From assembly GCA_964016885.1 (NCBI GenBank), contig OZ024752.1, positions 23,436,001 through 23,500,000 on the forward strand: 64,000 nt of DNA. The letters are read 5' to 3'. Positions within the stretch are counted from its first letter, which is position 1. The number at the start of each line of letters is the position of its first letter. Below the pieces are notes generated by a model that made no database searches, was not told the origin of the DNA, and worked only from the letters and a program-made list of their open reading frames with translations. The position numbers and the translations under genes are program-made. Positions 33,960 to 47,950 of this stretch are shown here, piece after piece. Source of the stretch: Eledone cirrhosa (lineage: Eukaryota).

Positions 33960-36126
33960 CTCTACCGACCTACATCATAATAACAATAGATATATGATAC
34001 AGGATCATAGGATAATTGTGAGAAGTTGCTTATTGCTAGAGTCAACTCTTTTGTCAAAATAATTAGGTGGCGTGCCTTCCACTTCGATAGAAACCGTGAT
34101 AACCCCCAGCAAGTAACCGGGATAATAGATATGGTTTTAAAACTTACAAGAGTCCACCGCACAACAATATACTGGATGGTTTTGAGAACGATCTATTGTC
34201 CCTCGTAAGGAATATTAGATATAGGAAATATCATACTAACCATAATAAATTCCGCAAAAACCTCAAATCTATAGTTAAGGGATTTACTGATAAAGAATCT
34301 ATCCTCGTCCCATCGGATAAAACTAAGAATATTTATAACCTAGATTATAATACGTATCGCAAGTTCATCTATAATGAACTCCATAGGAACTATAAAAAGA
34401 CTACATACGCCAATTTGGATGAAATAAATAAGGGGGGACTAGATATTGTTAGGAAATTAAAACTTGAGAGGTATACCCAACCCTATACCCCTAAGCAACC
34501 TAGGTTTACACTAAAAGATCATAAGGTGGATTTTATTAGTAACCCATGTATTAGACTAATAAGCCCATCTAAATCGGACATAGGGATCATAAGTAAGAAG
34601 ATATTGGATAGAGTACTACCTGTAATTGGAAGTAACATTTACTTTGACCTGTGGGGGCATATGGATGAGGTAATAAAATGGTTCTCAAGCATTAGTAACC
34701 ATAAGTCCCTTAGGTTTGTCCAGTTTGATATTGATTTGTATTATACCTCTATCTCCCCAATACTCCTGAATAAGGCTCTCATCCTGGCTATGCAAAATAG
34801 CGATCTCACTAGATCCCAAATTGATATTGTTCTTGCCGCACGTAAAACTATAATCCTGTTTGAGGAGCAATTATGGACCCGGAAGAACACACCTAATAAT
34901 TTCGATATTACAATGGGGTCTAGTGACTCAGCACAGGTCACTAATTTAGTTTAACTTTACCTCCTCCATGAGTTACATAAAACTTTTCCCTCCCTTCGCG
35001 GTGGACTATATCGTGATGAGCCCTACTAACCCCAGAGTATAAAAAACACAACATTGAAAGAACTAGGAAGGACCTACATAAATTCTTTAAAGGCTTCAAC
35101 CTTTGTATTACTATAGACAAGAATAATAAAACAGTTAATTTTTAGATGTAACCCTCGACTTAGAAAATAAGACCTTCACACCTTATCATAAACCTAACGA
35201 AAAACTGACCTATATAAATGCTAATTCCAACCATTCTAAATCTGTCCTAAATGCCATTATTAAAGGCGTATCTAATACGATTAGCCGACTGTCACACAGT
35301 GAGGACGCATTTAACTCTAATGTTGAATATTATAATTAAGAACTAGCAAGGTCTGGATATAACAATAAGTTATATTACAAGCCTAGTAACTCCCAAACCA
35401 CGTGTGCCGGACCAAATACTATAATTACGTATAAGATGTCTCTTAATAATAACAGTAATAGAGATAAGAATAGAGGTAAGACCCATATATTAAATAATTC
35501 TGCCCGGCCACGGTGGAACAAACATACCGTGAACCCTCCTAATACCCATACTAAAAGCGATGTTATAATATCTAGAAACCAAGGACATAGAGGGGTCAGT
35601 GACTTGGGTAGGAACATAAATAACGTAGGGCAGCCACATCTAGTAAATTATGGCAATATTGAAGATTCTATTGTCAACCACTCACTTGGGAGGAAAAATA
35701 GAAAAAATAGAAGAAGACTAAACACATACTTTAACCCACCCTATACTCTGAAATCGTAACCAACCTTCCCAGAACCTTCTTCTCTATATTGGAAAGGAAT
35801 TTCCCGCCATGCGGTAGATATCATGGTATTATTAATAAAAATACGATTAACCTATCATATTCCACTACCCCTAACCTAGCTTCCAACTTAGCACGCACTA
35901 ATAATAGGAAAATTAGGGTAGGGTTTGAGACCATCAACTCTGTAAATAACCACCAACAACCTAACCCATTGGGAAATGAGTTCCCTGACGGTGGTAATGA
36001 CACACCAGATGTACAAATAACATTTCGGGATAGTACAACCAACCAGTCCTCCCGACGCATGTTCAACAGTACAAACCGCAATTGTAATTGTAGACGGAGA
36101 GATAGTTGCCCTCTGAAGGGCAATAA

Positions 36127-36128
<2 letters not shown>
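33960..36128 (+). pseudogene. Degenerate Penelope-like RT ORF, broken at the Cys linker
   Basis: SDKTKNIY, TLKDHK, RLISP, QFDI..Y, MGS.DSA, GLYRD; FNPPY; [12 protein letters not shown]. Homologous to 46085..47656. Multiple stops and frameshifts. (AT)n at both sides. Confidence 0.82.
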
Positions 36129-36213
<85 letters not shown>

Positions 36214-36905
36214 TATATATATAAACATATATATATGCATATATATATAAACATATATATATGCATATATTTATATTGGAAAATGTGTGAGATCCTTGGT
36301 ACAGTTAGGTGTATTTGAAAAAAAGGAAAAGAATGACTTCACTTGCAGTGTTAAACAATTTATGATTTAATGTTATAATATTATAATATTATGAGCTGGT
36401 AGATCCAGTAAGTTCTTTGTTAACTTCGGTGGGAAGAAATTTAGAGATTCCTGGTTAACTTGGGCTGGAGAACTTTCTCGCATTCGTCTGTCTGTGGCGA
36501 TTGTCAAACTGAGATCAGGTTGTATTGAAATGTGTGATTCTATATAAGAGAGATTTGGATGTGTCTGGGGTGTGACGTGTATATATATATGTATACATAT
36601 ATATATATATAAAAGAAAATTTCGCTCTACATGGCTGAATACAACAAATGTAATCTGAGTTTTTCGAAAATTAATAATAGCAATTTTGAAAACAAGCCTC
36701 AATTTTATAGCCATGTCAGTAGAATGAACACTTCATTCTTGTTCTTGTGTTGGCATGTGAACAGAACTGCAGACACTAATGTTTCTGGGTATCTCCCTTC
36801 ATTAGTACAGCTCACTGTTCATCCGCCAAACTGTCAGAGCTAGTGAAAATATGCTATTTTCAAAAATACACAGGGACTGATCGGCCTGATTTGCATATTA
36901 GCAGA

Positions 36906-36970
36906 CTGGCTGATCAGTCAGATCTGGCGGATCAGTCAGATCTGGCGGATCAGTCAGATCTGGCGGATCG
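36906..36970 (+). repeat. 18-bp tandem repeat (~3.5 copies, ctggcggatcagtcagat)
   Basis: Direct reading. Gives LADQSD repeats in ORF 36843..37163. Confidence 0.85.
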
Positions 36971-37163
36971 GTTCACGGAGCACCTCCGCGATATTCGTCT
37001 CGGCGGGAGTTCCCCCATCGCTCGCCACTTTGGCTCCCCTGGACATTCCACCCACCACCTCACAGTCTGTCGGCTGATCCAATGCCATGGGACACCCGCC
37101 ACCCGCCTCACGATCGAACAACACACCATCTTCACCCTACAGACCCCCTCCCCCCCGGCCTGA
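36960..37163 (+). pseudogene. GIY-YIG endonuclease C-terminal fragment of another Penelope-like family
   Basis: LADRFTEHLRDIR..SPIARHF..GHS..RLTIEQHTIFTLQT..P.GLN-like ending, typical of PLE endonucleases. Confidence 0.65.
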
Positions 37164-37880
37164 ACTCCCCACTCCTATTCCTTTAGCCTTCGACCCCCCC
37201 CCTACACACACAAACATCCCCCACTAACACACTCCTCAGTTTCACCACCCCCACCCCTTTGGCCCACCCACAACTAATAATACTAACACACACGTTCGTA
37301 TCCCCACATACACTCACTTAGCCTCCGGACTCAACACGCCCCCTCCCCCACCCCTCTCCATCCAACGCACGCACATACCGACGTACACGCCATGTACACA
37401 CCGGTTTCCCTTTTACCTGAACATGGAACCTCGTTCTTCCCCAACTCTCACATTCACAAATACACACACACACACCTTCACCCATACACAAACACCACCT
37501 TCAGCCCTCCCCGCTCGGACCCCCCCCCCTCTTCACAGCTACCCGCCACCACCCCTACACCCCTCACACTCTTTCACCCCTTGTTTATTTATTTATTTTT
37601 TCTATTATTTGTACTTTTAAAAAATTTCCTTTACTCTCTAAAAATATTGTTTTTCCTCCCTTTTCTCTACCCCCCCTTTTTAAATGTCTTTCCCCACGCC
37701 CCACACACCCCCGGAACTCTTTTCCTGATGAGTTGTCCCCCACACCCCACTCTCAAGCGTGAAACTAAAAACCATATCATTTGTACTCCCTCTCTGTTTT
37801 TTGTTCCCTGTTCATTTATTAAACTATATATATATAGTTATATATATACTGTTATACTGGGGAGAGTCATATTGTTGTAA

Positions 37881-37986
37881 TAGTTGTTTCTACTTTTGGC
37901 ACAAGGCCAGCAATTATCTCAGTGTATTACTGGTACTTTATTTCCTTGACCCCGTAAGGATGAAAGGCAAAGTTAACCTCGGCGGG
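37881..37986 (-). mobile_element. SINE, 5'-truncated
   Basis: Reverse complement of the SINE body and tail. Confidence 0.88.
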
Positions 37987-37987
37987 C

Positions 37988-40040
37988 GTTGTAATAATAT
38001 TGCCAGAAATAATAACAGAACACACTCACTGTTTGGTTGGTTTTCGCTTCTGTATCTCCATAGTTAATTCATTCGGCAATCAATGTTTATCATTGACTGA
38101 CCAACGGTCAAAAATACAGATATAAATACGTATATATAGTCTAACAAAGTTCTTTCTTGCACGTCTGCAACATCATCAGTGGGCCTCCTAGTTAAACTTA
38201 CCTATGACACCGAGTACCTAGACAGCCATGACCTTAGCCGTTTCTGCCCTAGTGGAATCATTAGAGGTAGACGCCCCCACCATAACTTCGACGGCAAAAG
38301 AGACTTCTATGGGAAGGTGGATTGGGTGGACCAAAGCCATAGGGACACCCAAAAATGCTGATCAGGTGAGAAAAATGGTCGCGCATGCAATAGGGGCTAG
38401 TATTAAAATTACCCTAAAGGGCCATATATTCAAATTCAACGAAAAGATCTACACTCCAAATGAGGGAGCAGCCATTGGCGTCAGCCAAGCTGGTGATGTT
38501 GCCAATCTTTTTATGGTATGGTAGGAAAGGAGACTCAAAGACCTCCTTGAAGAGAGCTCCATAGACCTCATCATGTACTCTCGTTACGTAGACGACATTA
38601 ATATAGTAATAAGGACACCCCCACAAGAGAGAGTACTAACAAATATGATTTAGAATGTAGCACAATGGAAAGCATCCAGCAGATAGCCAACTCCATACAC
38701 CAGAGTATAACTGTAACTATTGGCTACTCTTCCAAACACCCTAACAATAGACTACCTGTATTAGACACGGAACTCTGGATTGACACTATAGACGAGAGGG
38801 CCCAAATTCTCCACTCACACTACGCTAAACCCATGGCCTCCAAATACCTGATACTCAAAAACTCAGCAATGTCCAGTAGTGCTAAGTTTAATATTCTGAT
38901 CGTAGACTTGGTACGAGTGATGAAGAACGTGTCCCGCATGTGCGACCCAACAGAAATGGAAAGACACATCCAACACTTCATCAACCGCATGCAGTTCTCT
39001 GGCTACAACCAAAGAGACAGAATCAGAGTATACGAAGGAGCCACGGAGAAGTATAAAACCCTCATAGAACTGGACATGAAAGGAATTTGCCCAAGGACAA
39101 ATCATGGAATAGCTTAGATAGGACTAAACATAAGATAGGGAAAGCCATCTCATGGTACGACAACCAGAGATAACAGAGTGTCATGTTCGTGGACGCTACC
39201 CCTGGAGGGAAATTAGCTAACCAACGTAGAAAGGCCCTGAGAAAGTCCCACCTAAAGATTAAAGTGGTAGAAAAGCCAGGAACTACCATAAAATCCCTGA
39301 TCAGCAAAACATACCCTTTTAAGAAAACCCACTGTACTAATAGGAAATGTGTTATATGTAAAGTAAACCCCCAGACTGTAAAACTAGAAATATAGTCTAT
39401 AGCATAAGATGTACAGAGGGTACTTGCAGAAACATGACAACAATATACATAGGCGAGACAGCTCGAAGCATAGGAGAAAGAATAGACCAACACTAGGGCG
39501 AATTAAAAGGACAAAAAACGTTTTAGTACTATACGAACACGCCAGACAACAACATGATGGTAACATAGACAACATAGAAATTAAAATAATATCTAAACAT
39601 AGAAATGACCCAGCAGATAGGCAAGCGAAATAGAGCTTAGAAATCCAAAGCTAAATAAAAAAAAAAAATGAATGGAATAACAACAACACCTAATCAAACA
39701 ATACTGACTTAAGAGAAATATAAATAAATAAATAAATAAATAAACAGATAAAATAAAAATGGTGTAGACATACAATACAATACAAACAGGAGGAAACATA
39801 ATAGTACCACTGATGATGTTGCACATGTGCAACGAAAGAACTTTATTAGACTATATATATGCATCTATATCTGTATTTTTGACCGTTGGTCAGTCAATAA
39901 TAAACATTTATTGCCGAATGAATTAACTATGGAGATATAAAAGATACAGAAGCGAAAACCAACCAAACAGTGAGTGTATTCTCTTATTATTTCTGGCAAT
40001 ATTATTACAACAATATGACACTTCCCAAGTATAACAATAT
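37988..40040 (+). mobile_element. Degenerate Penelope-like element with inverted pseudo-LTRs (37988..38182 versus 39808..40011)
   Basis: RT remnants (EGAAIG..VANLFM, YSRYVDDI, RLPVLD), linker FVDATPGGKLA..VVEKPG, C..C..C and a GIY-YIG remnant. ~195-bp inverted terminal repeat containing CTGATGA..GAAA. Confidence 0.78.
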
Positions 40041-40539
40041 CTGTTTCGACACACGATTAGACACACGTAATTCCGACACACGTAAAGAGAGGAAAAATAT
40101 CAAGTCAACAACTCTTTTCGAACATACTTTCACTCACTCCCTCTCTGCTAGTCACCCTCTCTCCGCTAGCTCACTTTCTCCCTCGCTCGCCACTGTAAGC
40201 AGTCTCTTCTCTCGCTCACACCGCTACAGTGAAGAGGTGTTTTTTTCTGTCGTCAAACTCGCCAGAACTTATGTTCGAAAAGAGTCGTTGACTTGATATT
40301 TTTCCTCTCTTTACGTTGCTTCACCCTTCATGTCTGTTTACATTTTTCTCTCTCCCCCCTTTTTTTAATCCCAATAATTTATTTAAGTTATTGATCGCCC
40401 TAGGCTGAGGTGTCTTGTCTCGAAGGCGAAGAAATACCTATGATTCCTAGCAGACAACTGACGATGGATATTACCCTCTTTCGCCCGTAACTTTTATTTT
40501 CATTATATATATATATATATATAGGGTGGGTAAAATTCC

Positions 40540-41659
<1,120 letters not shown>

Positions 41660-41671
41660 CGTTATTTCTTT

Positions 41672-41947
41672 AACACAAAGAAATAACTGTTTCTGCTTTT
41701 GGCACAAGGCCAGCAATTATCTCAGTGTATTACTGGTACTTTATTTTATCGACCCCGTAAGGATGAAAGGCAAAGTTAACCTCGGCGGGATTTGAACTCA
41801 TTACGGCCCTTGCCATTCTGAGTTCAAATCCCGCCGAGGTTAACTTTGCCTTTCATCCTTACGGGGTCGATAAAATAAAGTACCAGTAATACACTGAGAT
41901 AATTGCTGGCCTTGTGCCAAAAGCAGAAACAGTTATTTCTTTGTGTT
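41672..41947. repeat. Perfect 129-bp inverted repeat (head-to-head SINE halves plus flank), 18-nt spacer
   Basis: 41672..41800 is the reverse complement of 41819..41947. Confidence 0.92.
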
Positions 41948-42044
41948 TTTTTTCTTTTCCTAGAAATAACAACTCCAACCCAATAGTTTTTTTTTTCATA
42001 TTCTGCCCCAAACATTTGAGGTTTCTTGTGGCCATTAAAGGAAT

Positions 42045-42329
42045 TACTATCACCACCATCACCACTACTACCACCCCACCCCACTTCTGCTACTACTACT
42101 ATTACTACTACTGCCACCACCACGACTACTACTACTACTACCCCCACCACCACTACCACAATTACTACCACCTACTACTATTACTACTACTGCCACCACC
42201 ACGACTACTACTACTACTACCCCCACCACCACTACCACAATTACTACCACCTACTACTATTACTACTACAGCCACCACCACGACTACTACTACTACTACC
42301 CCCACCACCACTACCACAATTACTACCAC

Positions 42330-42362
<33 letters not shown>

Positions 42363-42378
42363 GTACCACACCACCACC

Positions 42379-42430
<52 letters not shown>

Positions 42431-42446
42431 GTAGTACCACACCACC

Positions 42447-42483
<37 letters not shown>

Positions 42484-42489
42484 TTATCC

Positions 42490-42564
<75 letters not shown>

Positions 42565-42565
42565 T
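42045..42565. repeat. Compound (CTA)n/(CCA)n microsatellite with internal higher-order repeats
   Basis: Block ccaccaccacgactactactactactacccccaccaccactaccacaattactaccacctactacta repeated three times, then pure cta. Confidence 0.9.
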
Positions 42566-42660
42566 TTTCTCAGTTCATGTCTTGCCGAGGTTAGTTTTGC
42601 CTTTCATCCTTATAGGGTCGATAAAGTAAAGTACCAGTCCCGCACGGGTTCGATTTAAAT

Positions 42661-42829
42661 TATCGGTAGAGGGACGGACGCCATGCTTTCCAGCATAGTT
42701 ACGTCCCTTTACGATCTGAGTTCAAATCCCGCCGAGGTTGACTTTGCCTTTCATCCTTACGGGGTCGATAAAATAAAGTACCAGTAATGCACTGGGTAAT
42801 TGTGGCCTTGTGCCTAAAGTAGAAACAAT
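42661..42829 (+). mobile_element. SINE, nearly full-length, with (ATT)n tail; a degraded SINE fragment precedes it at ~42570..42637
   Basis: tatcggtagag..B-box gagttcaaatcc..ggccttgtgcctaaagtagaaacaattattattattatt. Confidence 0.88.
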
Positions 42830-43488
42830 TATTATTATTATTATTGGTAATATCTTCCTTTTGAATACGAACGTTTGAAGTCATTGTCTGGTTGCACTAG
42901 TGAGTAAGTTATTTATATAAACACAGCTATGGTCGGTCGTGTATGCACAACAAACAAGATTTTAAGTATTCAAAGGCAATGGAGAACGGGAATTATATCG
43001 AGAAAACCATATAACTGAAACCTCATTCAGATATATACGTACATAAAAGAACAACAACAATAAAACCTGTTGTGTTTTTCTAACAATTCAGTTCAAATCG
43101 ATATGAATTTATAAACATTGCTGTTGGTGTAATATTTAAAGAAGCTAAATATACAATGTTCTGCCCCAGTTTGAAGGGAATCTATATATATATATCGTCT
43201 ATACTTGCATATTAAATTTGCCACATGCGCCGATTATGCATTGTTGCATAATATATGCGGACAGAGGGTGCAGTGCACCCTACTGCTGCATTAAGTGTGG
43301 CCGAAACTCGAGTTTGGGAACTACTATAGGTACCCGTTTACGTGTGTTGTATTGAAGCGAATAACTATGTCTCTGGGAGTGTATTTTACATTACCTATTG
43401 AGTACGCTGAGATCCAACCGGTCCTGGCATTGATAAATATGCTGGGTCCGTCAACTTATTCTTATTCTTATATATATATATATATAAT

Positions 43489-43591
<103 letters not shown>

Positions 43592-43597
43592 AGTATG

Positions 43598-43651
<54 letters not shown>

Positions 43652-43655
<4 letters not shown>

Positions 43656-44328
43656 CAGTGTTGAACAAACGAACAACGATGGTTGCTGGACACTACGGCT
43701 TAATACGGGATGTTTGTTTACAAACACACCGAGCATTATAATAAATGTTCGGTGAATCCATACGTGCATATATATATGTGTGCATGTATGTATATATATA
43801 TACATACTACTGTACGTCTGTATACATATATGTATGTACGTGTACCTACTTATATTTAAGTAACAGCCGTACTAAGAGTGGGAAATGAAATTTCGTTTCA
43901 TTTTTTCCGTTTATCGTTTTCGGTGCACCCGGCCGATTAACCCACTCGATATGCAAATTGGGCTTCTCAGCTGTTAATATGCATAAGGTAAGTATATACG
44001 TTCAACAATCTGGCAGGAAGGTATACGCTGCTGACGATAGCTAATAAGCTTGAAAGTAGTACAGCGTTCCTTTGTCAGTGTTGAACAAACGAGCAACGAT
44101 GGTTGCTGGACACTACGGCTTAATACGGGATGTTTGTTTACAAACACACCGAGCATTATAATAAATGTTCGGTGAATCCATACGTGCACATATATATGTG
44201 TGCATGTATGTATATATATATACATACTACTGTACGTCTGTATACATATATGTATGTACGTGTACCTACTTATATTTAAGTAACAGCCGTACTAAGAGTG
44301 GGAAATGAAATTTCGTTTCATTTTTTCC

Positions 44329-44333
<5 letters not shown>
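43652..44333 (+). repeat. ~262-bp direct duplication (43652..43913 and 44072..44333)
   Basis: Offset 420, only about two substitutions seen. Confidence 0.88.
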
Positions 44334-44377
<44 letters not shown>

Positions 44378-44647
44378 AGTATGTAAATATAAATTCAGCG
44401 AGAATTGCATTTCGGCGGGTTGAAAAAGCGAAACCTAACGCAAATTCCGAGCCAAGCTGGCAAGCGCTCCATAGTTTAAAAAACCAGAGCTATAAACATA
44501 TGTTATAAATGCCATACAAACTGAGAAGGCGGTCAAGAAGGCATTAACCACCTAAGCCAAAAAACAAGTTAAGCTAAACAGGTCAAACAAAATAAATGAT
44601 AAAATCATATATATAACAAGTATGTATGTATGTATATATGTATATAT

Positions 44648-45113
44648 GCGCGGGGACATCGAAATAGTCGGGCTGGACACCTGATCGCGCAGTTAAACCA
44701 CTGCGAGTGTAGGACTCCTAGCCTTTGTCAGGGCATTCTTCTAGGAGAAGACAACTCAGGAAACTGGTATAACTCCTATATAAAACCTGCGGCTCAGTAG
44801 TTACCGATGATGTTGATCTTTTCTTCTTTTCGGGTTATAGCTGCTGTCGCTCAGAGAGTGGGATTGGCTCAGTGCACAGTCTTTCCTCACTTTAAAAAAT
44901 ATCTTCACGCACAGGCATTGCACGATAGAATTAATTAATTGTTTCTACTTTAGGCACAAGGCCAGCAATAACCCAGTTCATTACTGGTACTTTATTTTAT
45001 CGACCCCGTAAGGATGAAAGGCAAAGTCAACCTCGGCGAGATTTGTAATTAATAATTATTAATAATGGTATATCGTGCAATGACCATACTCGATAACGAG
45101 GGGGCAGCCATCA
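44648..45113 (+). repeat. Unclassified dispersed non-coding repeat (related copies at 45323..45487, 52108..52730 reversed, ~53660..54035 reversed, 54161..54201 reversed)
   Basis: Shared blocks such as ctagcctttgtcagggcat..gatgttgatcttttcttcttt and atcgtgcaatg..ctcgataacgagggggcagccatcat. Confidence 0.7.
44940..45046 (-). mobile_element. SINE, 5'-truncated, nested in the dispersed repeat
   Basis: SINE reverse complement flanked by duplicated taattaat. The empty site is visible in the 52108 copy. Confidence 0.88.
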
Positions 45114-45485
45114 TATATATATATATATATCTAGGGTGGGTAAAATTCCCGAGATCCATGGACGAGTTCTCTCCAGCGGTCTCTGTCCCTCATTATCACT
45201 GCCATGTCCTGCTTCTCCAACAGACCAGTATCTGTCCTTAGGGCATCAACATACGTTAACCATGGTCATTCTCTTCCAGTGTATCCATGTAGGGGCTCCC
45301 ACAGGAGCACTGAGTGCAATGTCAACCACTGCGAGTGAAGGACTCCTAGCATTTGTCAGGGCATACTTCTAGGAGAAGACAACTCAGGAAACTGGAATAA
45401 CTCTTATATAAAACCTGGGGCTCAGTAGTTACCGATGATGTTGATCTTTTCTTCTTTTCAGGTTATAGCTACTGTCGCTCAGAGA

Positions 45486-45526
<41 letters not shown>

Positions 45527-45723
45527 AAAACCACAGACCCTCCATCTCAACTCTACTTTTGAAAAGCAGAAGAACTGCGAAACCGGTAAAGGAACCAAAT
45601 AAATATATATAATTTAAAAAAAAATAAAACTCCAGTTGCATTTTCGATTTCATCTCTTTTTCTTTATACTTTCACTCGTGTAGGACACATCAGTTATTTT
45701 TCATTTTGTAAAAAAAACCTCAC

Positions 45724-45771
<48 letters not shown>

Positions 45772-46084
45772 GGACCTTCTTGACTTAGTCGCTAACATTT
45801 CCTTTCGCAAACACACTAACATCTTTCAAGCGAAACTCAGAAACGATATTAAGGAATTTAGGTCTTCTAATAACACCTTCGTCCTTTCCGACAAAACTAA
45901 CAATATTTACGAAGTCGACAGCACCATTTTCCGCCACCTGGCCCATAACGCTATTACTTCTAAATATAAGAAAGCTAACCCTACGGCCTACCACGACATT
46001 AATACAGAAGCCAAGGAACTCGCCGCCGACCTTAAGGTAGATAAGAAGCTACAATCTCTAGCTAAGCGGGAGGCGTTCCTCACC

Positions 46085-47656
46085 ATGAGAGATCACAAGG
46101 TAGACTTTACTTCTAACCCCACTTGTAGACTAATAAACCCGGCATGCACAGATATGGGACTAGTCAGTAAGGCTATACTTAGAAACATATTTAAGACCAT
46201 TATGACCAAGTCCAACCTGCCCCAGTGGGAGAACAGCGACTCCGTAATTAAATGGTTTAACTCCTTAAAATCCAAAAAAGCGAAGTTCACACAGTTTGAC
46301 ATTGTCGATTTTTACCCGTCGATCTCAGAGACCCTGTTAAACAAAGCGTTGGACTTCGCTACCACTTACACCACCGTCGATGGTTTAGACAGGGAAATCA
46401 TCGCTCACTGCCGGAAAACCCTCCTCTTCAACGACGGAGTAGCCTGGGAAAAGAAGTCTACATCTTCAGACCTGTTCGACGTCTCCATGGGATCGTTTGA
46501 CAGTGCTGACATATGTGATTTCGTTGGCCTTTTTATCTTAGACATATTACGTGTTAGATTCCCGGACTTCCACACGGGAATATACCGTGACGATGGACTG
46601 CCTTTATCGAGCCATAAAAGTGGTCTCGACCTCGACCGGTTTAAAAAAGACTTAGCTTCTACCTTCAATGAGTTAGGTCTTAGGATAACAGTAGCCACCA
46701 ACCTCTCTAGCGTAGATTTCTTAGACATTAATTTAGACCTTCGCACACTCACCCACAGACCCTTCCATAAGCTAAACGAGAAACTTAATTACATTCACAA
46801 GGACTCATGCCACCCTCCCACTTTTTTTAGAAACTTCGTTAAGAATATCAGTACTAGAATCTCAAACCTCTCCTCTAATAAGGCTATCTTTGACAGGGCG
46901 GCACCCTATTATAACACGGCGTTGGCTAACAGCGGCTTCTCACAACCTATCACTTACTCTCCCACTAGCAACAACACCATTAAGAAAAGTATGCGCAACA
47001 ATAGACAAACTATCTGGTTCTCTCCTCCCTTCTCACTCAACGTTAAAACCAATGTAGGAAAAAGATTTCTAGCGCTCTTAGATAGACACTTTCCCATAGG
47101 TCATAAATACCGCTCCATCTTTAACCGACACAAAGTTAAACTAGGATACTCCTGCACTAAGAACATGAAGGCCCACATCACCAGCAGCCCTAGGAGCAAC
47201 ACCCCACCAGGGTGCTCTTGCCGTAAGCCTGAAGCTTGCCCCCTTCAACAGCAATGTAACACACCAGCTGTAATCTATGAAGCTGTGGTCACTTCCAACC
47301 GACCAAATGAACCACAGGAGGTCAAATCCTATGTGGGCATGGCGGAGAGCCGATTCAAGGAATGTTTCCTGAACTACCAGTCTACCTTCAGGTACCCGGA
47401 CAGACGTTCATTCACGAAACTCGCGAGTCACGTATGGTCCCTCAAGGACTCAAGTATAGACTACTCCATTCAATGGAAAGCCATCATTAAGTCTAAGCCA
47501 TACGCAAGGGGAAATCCGACGTGTGGCTTATGTATTGACGAACGAATAACTATTCTAAAGAGATTACGCAATAGTGATTGCCTAAACAGTGAATTTTTCA
47601 CACGTTGTCCACACGTCGCCAAACACCTATTGCATAACTACAAGGCTCCGGACTGA
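46085..47656 (+). CDS. PLE reverse transcriptase-GIY-YIG endonuclease (partial; ATG is internal)
   Basis: RLINP, QFDIVDFYPSI, MGSFDSA, GIYRDDGL, FLDI, HPP; linker CSCRKPEACPLQQQC; VIYEA..SYVGMAE; CGLCIDE..LNSE..CPH. Confidence 0.85.
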   Translation: MRDHKVDFTSNPTCRLINPACTDMGLVSKAILRNIFKTIMTKSNLPQWENSDSVIKWFNSLKSKKAKFTQFDIVDFYPSISETLLNKALDFATTYTTVDGLDREIIAHCRKTLLFNDGVAWEKKSTSSDLFDVSMGSFDSADICDFVGLFILDILRVRFPDFHTGIYRDDGLPLSSHKSGLDLDRFKKDLASTFNELGLRITVATNLSSVDFLDINLDLRTLTHRPFHKLNEKLNYIHKDSCHPPTFFRNFVKNISTRISNLSSNKAIFDRAAPYYNTALANSGFSQPITYSPTSNNTIKKSMRNNRQTIWFSPPFSLNVKTNVGKRFLALLDRHFPIGHKYRSIFNRHKVKLGYSCTKNMKAHITSSPRSNTPPGCSCRKPEACPLQQQCNTPAVIYEAVVTSNRPNEPQEVKSYVGMAESRFKECFLNYQSTFRYPDRRSFTKLASHVWSLKDSSIDYSIQWKAIIKSKPYARGNPTCGLCIDERITILKRLRNSDCLNSEFFTRCPHVAKHLLHNYKAPD

Positions 47657-47813
47657 TTCTTTGTAATTTTATTTTCAACCTAAAAACTTTTCGGACTTTC
47701 TCAGTTATCTCCCTTACACTTCTCGCACGCAGTCTCGTATTGCCTGTGTGAAATGACCGAGTTTCTGCGCATGCGCGTTCGTACGGTTGTCCTTCCTGTT
47801 CCTATAACCATGC

Positions 47814-47863
47814 CCATTCCGAGCTGAAGATCCGCTAAGGTGAAACAATTGTTCTCGGTATGG
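47814..47863 (+). ncRNA. Minimal type I hammerhead ribozyme motif with palindromic stem III
   Basis: ccattCCGAG-CTGAAGA-TCCGCTAAGGT-GAA-ACAATTGT-T-CTCGGtatgg: 9 of 10 bp stem I, palindrome ACAATTGT. Stem II is short and imperfect. Confidence 0.72.
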
Positions 47864-47882
47864 TGAACTAACGTGTAACCAC

Positions 47883-47950
<68 letters not shown>

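Larger units (their letters stand above)
45769..47885 (+). mobile_element. Penelope-like element, 5'-truncated, inserted in (TA)n
   Basis: Open RT-GIY-YIG frame from ~45770 to 47656, a 3' pseudo-LTR with hammerhead, and (TA)n tracts immediately on both sides. Confidence 0.88.

Noticed and set aside
37720-37775. Possible hammerhead (CTGATGA..GAAAC) downstream of the 36960 GIY-YIG fragment
   Set aside because: Stems I and III cannot be formed. Too degenerate to call.
43951-43958. Octamer motif ATGCAAAT suggesting an snRNA or histone promoter
   Set aside because: A single 8-mer with no recognisable downstream gene. Expected by chance in 64 kb.
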